24,595 nt of DNA from Rhodobacterales bacterium (GTDB taxonomy: Bacteria; Pseudomonadota; Alphaproteobacteria; Rhodobacterales; Rhodobacteraceae). Under the pieces are notes generated by a model. That model worked only from the letters and a program-made list of their open reading frames with translations. It ran no database searches and was not told the origin of the DNA. A program made the position numbers and the translations under genes. The stretch spans positions 1-24,595 of the forward strand of contig JBGSJU010000198.1 in the NCBI GenBank assembly GCA_041741655.1. Direction: 5' to 3'. Shown piece after piece: positions 8,605-15,521 of the stretch (its first letter is position 1; each line of letters begins with the position of its first letter).

Positions 8605-10211
8605 GCGCGCTCCTCGCGCTCTTCCAGCCAGGATCGCAGGATTTCAACCGAATCCTGCTGCCGTTCCGTGATCAGCGCGCGCAGTCGCTCGACAGGATCA
8701 GGTCCTTCTCCGGCACGCGCAGATCCGGCATCACCGCGATTGCCTTGATCCGGCAAAAGCCAGGCGCCGTCATCACCGGCGATTTCTCCGGTCAAGGCGG
8801 GTATGGCGTTGCTCCGCCCGCGCATTTCGGCGGGTAGGCCTGGGGGTGGCAAGGCCGAAACCGGCGCGGGCAAGGCGCGCGGCGGCGCCAGCAGGATCGG
8901 GCGGATTACAAATAGGCCAAGGATCAGCACGACGATCGCCAGAACTACCAATTGGATAACGGTCATCGGATCCGGCAGGAAGCCCGCCAGATACCCGGCG
9001 GACACGGCCGCCCCGCCAGGTACGCCGGGATCAAAGGTCATGGATTTAATGGTGATCACGTCACCCCGCGCGGTATCCAAACCGACGGCCGAGGCAACAA
9101 GGTCGCGCAACGCCTCTAGCTCGCCGTCCGGGCGCGGCAGGATCGTTGTAACGCCGGCGGCATCGACGCCCGGCATGCCATTGACCAGAACCGCAACCGT
9201 CATGCGGCGAATCGCGCCGGGACCGCGCGTCACTTCGCGTTCGGTTTCGGACACTTCGTAATTCAGGCGCTCGCGGGTCAGAGTTGACTGGCTGCTGCTC
9301 CCTTCGCCCTCGGCGCCCTGACCATCGGGCAGGTTGGAGGCGACCGTGACGCCGCCCGCACCCTTTTCGGTGCCGCTACTTTCTTCGGTATCGCTGCTGA
9401 TCATGGTGCGCGATGCCGGATCGACCCGGCGTTCGCGAATCATTTCGCTGTCTGTGACCGTTTCGATCGACAATTCCACGATCGCATTGCCAAGGCCGAC
9501 CCGTGCTTCCAGCAGGCGCTGGAGCCTCTCGCGCAGCGCCGTGGTGCGATCATCGAGGCCTGAGGCCGGCGTCGCATCTTCCCCCGCGATCAGACCGCCG
9601 GCACTGTCGATGACGGCAACATCTGCGGCGGTCATGCCCGTGACGGCCCCGGCAACCAGATGCCGGATCGCCCGCGCCTGCTGCGGCGATAAGGTACCAC
9701 CGATCGTTTTGACAGAAACCGAGGCAGTCGGGCGCAGGTTGCGCTGGAACGGATTGCCGGACGTGCCAGCAATATGGACCCGCGCGGCGTCAATCTGCGG
9801 ATTGCCTGAAATCGTCCGCGCCAGTTCACCTTCCTTCGCGCGCCAATAGGCGGTGTCGAACATCTGTGCCGTGGTCCCGAAACCGGTCATTGTGTCGAGC
9901 AATTCATAGCCACGACCACCATTCGCAGGCAGCCCTTCGCTGGCCAAGGTCATGCGCAGCTCGTCACGGCGCCGCGTTTCGACAAAGATCGACCCGCCGC
10001 GCACCTCATAGGTCACGTTGCGGGTGTCGAGTGCAGCCACGACCTCGCCGGCAGCCGAAGGTTCCAAGCCCGAATACAGCAACGAAAGCGATGGCTGAGT
10101 TGCAATGCGCGACAGCGCCAGCACGGCAAGAAAAACGGCGAGTGTGGCGACAACCACAACGATTCGGCGGCGCAGGTCAAGAGACGACCAGAGGGTCAGG
10201 ATCTGTTGCAA
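8601..10211 (-). CDS. fliF: Flagellar MS-ring protein FliF
   Basis: N-terminal TM helix, LLYSGL, LRMTLA.EGLP...GYELLD, AKEGELARTI, ARVHI, RPTASV, second TM helix, and C-terminal ERQQDSVEILRSWLEE. TTG at 10211 has a strong RBS (GGAAGGAG on the minus strand) just upstream. Confidence 0.96.
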   Translation of the reverse strand: MQQILTLWSSLDLRRRIVVVVATLAVFLAVLALSRIATQPSLSLLYSGLEPSAAGEVVAALDTRNVTYEVRGGSIFVETRRRDELRMTLASEGLPANGGRGYELLDTMTGFGTTAQMFDTAYWRAKEGELARTISGNPQIDAARVHIAGTSGNPFQRNLRPTASVSVKTIGGTLSPQQARAIRHLVAGAVTGMTAADVAVIDSAGGLIAGEDATPASGLDDRTTALRERLQRLLEARVGLGNAIVELSIETVTDSEMIRERRVDPASRTMISSDTEESSGTEKGAGGVTVASNLPDGQGAEGEGSSSQSTLTRERLNYEVSETEREVTRGPGAIRRMTVAVLVNGMPGVDAAGVTTILPRPDGELEALRDLVASAVGLDTARGDVITIKSMTFDPGVPGGAAVSAGYLAGFLPDPMTVIQLVVLAIVVLILGLFVIRPILLAPPRALPAPVSALPPPGLPAEMRGRSNAIPALTGEIAGDDGAWLLPDQGNRGDAGSARAGEGPDPVERLRALITERQQDSVEILRSWLEEREERA

Positions 10212-10270
10212 GGGCGGTCTCCTTCCATCCGGCGTTTTGCACGGATCAACCGCAGATTGGCGGATCAGAC

Positions 10271-10285
10271 TTAACAATCGGTTAG
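10271..10285. promoter_or_regulatory. Putative CtrA box in the divergent fliF/fliL promoter region (TTAA-caatcgg-TTAG)
   Basis: One mismatch to TTAA-N7-TTAA; 59 nt from the fliF start and 46 nt from the fliL start. Confidence 0.7.
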
Positions 10286-10331
10286 TGGATGTGCGCTATC
10301 GATGGATCAGGAACAAAACCGGAATGATACC

Positions 10332-10811
10332 ATGGCGGACATCGCGACAGCCGACCCCCCCGCGCCCCGAAAATCGTCCAAGCTTCCCTTGCTGATCGGC
10401 CTTGTTCTGGCCGTTGCGGGCGGTGGGGGTGGTTTTTTTGCCGTCACCAGTGGCTTTCTTGATGGCGCAGACAGCGCGGCTCACGAGGCGCCTTCGGTTC
10501 CGGACATGCCCGATGTCATATTTCTGGAGGTGGAGCCGATTCTGGTCACCCTCTCGCCTGGCTCTCAAGTCCGCCAGTTGCGGTTTCGCAGCCAGATCGA
10601 GGTGGTGACCGCGCATGCCGATCAGGTGCGCACCCTGATGCCGCGGATCATCGACGTGATGAACAGTTATCTGCGTGCCCTCGAACCGGCCGATTTCGAG
10701 GATCCGCAGGTTCTGCCACGGCTGCGATCGCAATTGTTGCGGCGTATTCAGGTCGTTACCGGACAGGGTCGGGTCGAGAATCTTCTGGTGATGGAATTCG
10801 TTTTGAACTGA
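10332..10811 (+). CDS. fliL: Flagellar basal body-associated protein FliL (copy 1)
   Basis: KSSKLPLLIGLVLAVAGGGGGFF TM helix, then a FliL domain (EPILVTL..., MPRIIDVMNSYLRAL..DFE.P..L.RLR.QLLRRI...G...V.NLLVMEFVLN). ATG 10332 preferred over 10302. Confidence 0.92.
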   Translation: MADIATADPPAPRKSSKLPLLIGLVLAVAGGGGGFFAVTSGFLDGADSAAHEAPSVPDMPDVIFLEVEPILVTLSPGSQVRQLRFRSQIEVVTAHADQVRTLMPRIIDVMNSYLRALEPADFEDPQVLPRLRSQLLRRIQVVTGQGRVENLLVMEFVLN

Positions 10812-10822
10812 GGAGGAACCTG

Positions 10823-11176
10823 ATGGCGATGATTGCCGATATTCTTCTGGTCGCCGGGGCACTGGGGGCAGGGTTGTATTGCTATGTGCTGGCGCGGCGA
10901 TTGGCGCGGTTCAACGATCTTGAAACCGGCATGGGCGGTGCCGTCGCCGTCCTGTCGGCCCAGGTTGACGATCTGACCCGCGCGCTCGCGGCCGCTCAGG
11001 CGATGGCCGGCGCATCGACGCAATCGCTCGACAGCCTGACGGCGCGGGCCGAATCTGCCGCACGACGGCTTGAACTGATGGTCGCCGCATTGCACGACAT
11101 CCCGGACCCTTCAACACAAGAACAGGCCGACCCGCCCGCGCGCGAACCGATGTTCGTTCGGCATGGTCAGGCCTGA
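10823..11176 (+). CDS. Uncharacterised 117-aa membrane-anchored coiled-coil protein in the stator operon
   Basis: RBS GAGGAGG. N-terminal TM helix (IADILLVAGALGAGLYCYVLA), heptad-like helix (LSAQVDDLTRAL..LDSLTARAESAARRLE) and Pro-rich tail. Lies between fliL and motE. Confidence 0.85.
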   Translation: MAMIADILLVAGALGAGLYCYVLARRLARFNDLETGMGGAVAVLSAQVDDLTRALAAAQAMAGASTQSLDSLTARAESAARRLELMVAALHDIPDPSTQEQADPPAREPMFVRHGQA

Positions 11177-11177
11177 C

Positions 11178-11771
11178 ATGCCCACGCCCAATTCATTGCG
11201 CCGTCCGCGCCGCGGCACGCTGGTTGTGATTGCTGCGCTTTTGGTCTGTTCCGCGGTGATCCGGTCGCTGGCCGGTGCTGGCACCGCCCTGGCGCGGGCA
11301 GGTGAGGCAGATCCTGACGCGAAGCCTGCCGCGGCGCTGTCCCCGGAGGCATGTCGCAGCGAGGCGGACTTTGCTGCGCTGATAGTGGCCTTGCAGAATC
11401 GCGAGGCCGCATTGCGCCGTCAGGAGTCGCAGGCCCGCATGCGGATGCAGGCCCTCACCGCGGCTGACGCAGAGGTGCAGGAAAAACTTGATGCGCTTCG
11501 CGAGGCGGAAACGCGGTTGCGCGATACCATCGCCTTGGCGGAAACGGCCAGTGAGGACGACATCAATCGACTGGTCGCAGTCTATGAAGCCATGAAACCA
11601 AAGGAAGCCGCCGCGCTGTTCGACACGATGGAACCAGCCTTCTCCGCGGGTTTCCTAGGTCGCATGCGCCCCGAAATTGCGGCGCCGATCCTTGCCGGAA
11701 TGCGAACCGAAGCGGCCTATTCCGTCAGCGCGATCCTTGCCGGACGCAATGCAGATGTGCCGCGCAAGTGA
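11178..11771 (+). CDS. motE: MotE-family periplasmic motility protein
   Basis: N-terminal hydrophobic segment, coiled coil, and C-terminal RLVAVYEAMKPKEAAALFDTMEPAFSAGFLGRMRPEIAAPILAGM helical repeats typical of MotE/MgtE-N-like domains. Directly upstream of motA. Start could be 11163. Confidence 0.8.
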   Translation: MPTPNSLRRPRRGTLVVIAALLVCSAVIRSLAGAGTALARAGEADPDAKPAAALSPEACRSEADFAALIVALQNREAALRRQESQARMRMQALTAADAEVQEKLDALREAETRLRDTIALAETASEDDINRLVAVYEAMKPKEAAALFDTMEPAFSAGFLGRMRPEIAAPILAGMRTEAAYSVSAILAGRNADVPRK

Positions 11772-11782
11772 TCCGGCCGGAT

Positions 11783-11798
11783 CAGTGGTTTGTTAACG
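11783..11798 (+). promoter_or_regulatory. Putative degenerate CtrA box upstream of motA (TCAG-tggtttg-TTAAC)
   Basis: Perfect TTAAC second half-site and a first half-site with two mismatches; TTAA ends 45 nt before the motA ATG. Confidence 0.45.
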
Positions 11799-11842
11799 CG
11801 GCTCTGCGAGGCTGAACCGCAGGATGGGAAAAAGGTGATGAC

Positions 11843-12712
11843 ATGTTGGGTCTGATCGGCATTGCCGTGATTTTCGTGATGGTTTTCGGGGGTTATCTTG
11901 CTGCTGGCGGCAAGATGGGGATCATCCTGAAATCGCTTCCCTTCGAGATGATGATGATCGGCGGCGCCGCAGTCGGAGCCTTCTTGCTCAGCAATGACAT
12001 GTCGGCGGTGAAACACACGGTGAAGGACATCGCAAAGGTCTTCAAGGGACCGAAATGGAAACATGACGACTACCGTGATCTTCTGTGTCTACTGTTCGAA
12101 TTGATCCGGCTCGCCCGTCAGAACCCTGTCGCCATCGAGGCGCACATCGAAGACCCGGCAAATTCGTCGATCTTCGGGAAATACCCCAAGATACAGTCAG
12201 ACGCAGAAGCCTGCGATCTGATTTGCGACACGCTGCGGTCTGCGTCCATGAACTATGACGATCCGCATCAGGTCGAAGAGGTGTTGGACAAGCGGATGGA
12301 AACCACGCTGCACCACGCCCTGCATTCCAGCCACGCCTTGCAGGGCGTTGCAGATGGCCTGCCTGCGCTCGGGATCGTCGCGGCTGTTCTGGGCGTGATC
12401 AAGACCATGGCCTCGATCGACCAGCCACCGGAGATATTGGGAAAGATGATCGGCGGCGCACTGGTTGGCACGTTTCTGGGGGTTTTTCTGGCCTACGGTC
12501 TGGTTGGCCCCTTCGCAGCCAAACTAAAATCGGTGGTTGAAGAGGACGGGCATTTCTACAACCTGATCCGCGAGGTCCTGATCGCAAACCTGCACAATCA
12601 CCCCGCAAATATCTGCATCGAAGTCGGGCGCCAGAATGCCCCAGGTCACGCACGTCCAGGATTTGCCGAATTGGAAGAGGCGCTCAAGGCACTTAAGCAG
12701 GAGGCCGCATAA
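11843..12712 (+). CDS. motA: Flagellar stator protein MotA
   Basis: Four-TM pattern; conserved cytoplasmic charged residues (LIRLARQNPVAIEAHIE), DGLPALGIVAAVLG and GALVGTFLGVFLAYGLVGP. Confidence 0.98.
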   Translation: MLGLIGIAVIFVMVFGGYLAAGGKMGIILKSLPFEMMMIGGAAVGAFLLSNDMSAVKHTVKDIAKVFKGPKWKHDDYRDLLCLLFELIRLARQNPVAIEAHIEDPANSSIFGKYPKIQSDAEACDLICDTLRSASMNYDDPHQVEEVLDKRMETTLHHALHSSHALQGVADGLPALGIVAAVLGVIKTMASIDQPPEILGKMIGGALVGTFLGVFLAYGLVGPFAAKLKSVVEEDGHFYNLIREVLIANLHNHPANICIEVGRQNAPGHARPGFAELEEALKALKQEAA

Positions 12713-14982
12713 TGCGACTTCTGATCTTGTTCTTCTGTGTGTGGACGACCATCGCGCATGCGGAAACCCTGAAGGTGATCAGCGGTGAACATTCCGATTT
12801 CACCCGGATCGCCGTGATCATGGGCCGCGATATCGATGTGGCGCTTGATGTTACAACCGACAGTGCGGTGCTTTCGTTTGCCAACGGACCACATCAGATC
12901 GACCTCGCTGATGCATTTCGTCGGATCGGGCGCAATCGCATAGCGGACATTATGCGTGAAGGCGACAATCGACTGCGGGTCACATTCGCCTGTGCGTGCA
13001 CGCCGGTTCTGGGTCGCGGTGGGCCGGGCGTTGTCACGCTTGATGTCACCGATGCTCGCCTGGAACCAGTATCAGATCCGTCCACCGGCGACGGCGGTCC
13101 GGTGTCATCCGTCACGCGTCCGCCGCAGGTGGCGCAATTGCGGTATGGTGGACTGCCTGCTGCGGGCGGTGCGGCGAACGCCACACTGGCCCTGCCACTA
13201 AGCCTGCAATCCAAAACCGTCAGGCAGGAAGATCCGTCTTCACAACCCGACCCGGAGACGGCGCGCGGTCTTCAGTTCCAGATTGCGCGCGCGGTTTCTC
13301 AAGGACTTCTGGAGTCTTCACATAGTTCATCTGACACGCTTGTGTCCGAACTGTCGCCCACCGTTGGCGGGCAGGATGAAGGTCCGTCCGCGCCCCGTCC
13401 GGGTGAAACGTCGCAGCTGAACATCCAGGTGCGGACCAACCTGCCTGTCGGAGCAGAGACGGACGACCATAATGTGATGGCAAGTTCGTCCCATGCAACC
13501 ATCGGATGCTTACCCGCAGAACAAGTTGACGTCGCCGCTTGGAGCGAAGCCGAGGCTTTCGGTCAGGGTCTCGGTCAACTGCAACGCGACGTCTATTCAG
13601 AATCTGGCCGATCCAACAGTGCGGCGGCGCTACGACTTGCGCGCTACTACCTTTACTTTGGGATGGGAGCGGAAGCTCGGGCGATACTCGCTCCCGTTGA
13701 TCCCCTTGATGAGAAAGCCACGCCTATTCTCGCATTGGCCCAGATCATGGACCACGGGCAGAGTAGTGGTAGAGATATCTTCAAAGATCAGGCACATTGC
13801 GAAACACCCGCATCGCTCTGGGCGGTTCTGGCTTATCCAGACCCGACTGTCACCGCCGATGCGGCCATCGGCGCTGTCACCCAGGCCTTCACGGCCTTGC
13901 CTTGGCATCTGAAGGACAGTTTGGGTCCGGTTCTTGTCCGACGCCTGCGTGCAGCGGGAAATTCCGAAGGTGCGGACACCATTCTTCGCATCATCAAGCG
14001 CGCGACCGAAAACACTACACCTGCATTGCAGATTGAGGAAGCCGAGGTTTCGCTTGCGGGCGAGTCAGACTTGGAAGCCATTGCACTACTCACAAATGTC
14101 ACCGAAGCCAATGGCCAACTTGCGCCGGAGGCGCTTGTGCGGATGATCGACATCGAAATCGCAGCTGGTCGTCCCATCGCGCCGGAAACCGCCTTGTTGG
14201 CGGAGTCCTACGCTTTGGAGTATCGCAGAACGCCTATTGCAGATGAATTGTGGCGCGTGAATGTGCTTGCCTTCGCGGCATCCGGTCAGTTTGGCAAAGC
14301 GTTCGAATTGCTGGCGGAGCCCCGTCCTATGCCGCTGCGCGCCGATCTGTGGTCTGCGTCGCTGCGGACCCTGGCGCAACAGGCCAGTGATCTGGAATTT
14401 GTACATCGGTCTTTGAATGTTGCACCCGAAATACTGGCTGTCGTAGATCCGGGGGTTTCAAATGCACTGGCGCAAAGGCTCCTCGATCTGGGTTTCGCAC
14501 CCGCAGCCGAAAACTTCCTGACGGGTCGGGCGGAGGGGGACCTAGGGCGTGTCCAAAAAACCCTGCGAGCCCGCAGCGCCTTGCAACAGAACCGCCCTCG
14601 CCGCGCCGAGGCCGAACTGACCGGCCTCTCCGGACCGGATATCGACCGGCTTCGGGCCGAAGCACGCATTGCTGCCGGGGACTATGCGACGTCGCAGCAA
14701 ATCTTTCGCGGCATTGCTGCAAAATCGGAAGAAATCGATGCCGCATTTCTTGCCGGAGATTGGTCACGTCTAAAAGATATTGGCCCAACAGGTGTTGCAG
14801 AGTTTGGTGCATTGGCCTTGGAGCCGACGCTGATATTGCCGTTACTTACTGAAGAAGAGCCACTTCAGGTTGGACGAACCCTCGTTTCGGATAGCGAACG
14901 CACACGGGCGGTCGTGGCTGAAATGCTGAACCGCATCGAAGCGCCGAATGCCGTCGTTCTCGAAAACACCGTCTTGGAATAA
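12712..14982 (+). CDS. Large (756-aa) secreted helical/TPR-like protein coupled to motA; possible MotK-type stator accessory
   Basis: TAATG overlap with motA. Signal peptide ending ..TIAHA|ETL; small N-terminal domain (SGEHSDFTRIAV, FACAC); Ser/Pro/Thr-rich linker; Ala/Leu-rich helical C-terminal region. The identity is inferred from position only. Confidence 0.8.
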   Translation: MRLLILFFCVWTTIAHAETLKVISGEHSDFTRIAVIMGRDIDVALDVTTDSAVLSFANGPHQIDLADAFRRIGRNRIADIMREGDNRLRVTFACACTPVLGRGGPGVVTLDVTDARLEPVSDPSTGDGGPVSSVTRPPQVAQLRYGGLPAAGGAANATLALPLSLQSKTVRQEDPSSQPDPETARGLQFQIARAVSQGLLESSHSSSDTLVSELSPTVGGQDEGPSAPRPGETSQLNIQVRTNLPVGAETDDHNVMASSSHATIGCLPAEQVDVAAWSEAEAFGQGLGQLQRDVYSESGRSNSAAALRLARYYLYFGMGAEARAILAPVDPLDEKATPILALAQIMDHGQSSGRDIFKDQAHCETPASLWAVLAYPDPTVTADAAIGAVTQAFTALPWHLKDSLGPVLVRRLRAAGNSEGADTILRIIKRATENTTPALQIEEAEVSLAGESDLEAIALLTNVTEANGQLAPEALVRMIDIEIAAGRPIAPETALLAESYALEYRRTPIADELWRVNVLAFAASGQFGKAFELLAEPRPMPLRADLWSASLRTLAQQASDLEFVHRSLNVAPEILAVVDPGVSNALAQRLLDLGFAPAAENFLTGRAEGDLGRVQKTLRARSALQQNRPRRAEAELTGLSGPDIDRLRAEARIAAGDYATSQQIFRGIAAKSEEIDAAFLAGDWSRLKDIGPTGVAEFGALALEPTLILPLLTEEEPLQVGRTLVSDSERTRAVVAEMLNRIEAPNAVVLENTVLE

Positions 14983-15521
14983 AAATCGAATAATCTGTCC
15001 GGTTCTCCATAAGTGGAATTGCCTTGCTCAAGAAGGGCAGGCGAAAGCAGTTTTCAGTTCAACATGTTTGAAACCTTGGCGCGACCGCGATCTGCGCATG
15101 TGCTTCTTTCCTTTACCAGATTCAGCGATTTTCGGGATCAGACTCTGGCCCTTGGGTGCCAGGTAGCAATAGCAATCTCAGCAAGTATCGGCACGCGGCC
15201 CAGAGGGTGTCGGAACTTGATTTGGCGTTTGCATACTGGCCCTTTGAGGAACCTGCTGCGCACGCAATGGAGGTCAGCTTGACTGGATATGGCTCTAGTC
15301 GCGACTGCAGGTGATACCGGAAACTGAAGATTCTTCCAAAATTGAAAATCATCTGTGATCCAGCAATCTTATCCACGACCAAGTAATACTTTTTCTCTAT
15401 CAAAGGCACCCGGGAGCACATCAAACAGATCATACATCGCCAGATGCATCCGAGTTTATGATTTGTTTGTAATCTTTGTGATAATTTTTAGGACGGATCA
15501 CACGGAGGCGCTCGGCAATAC

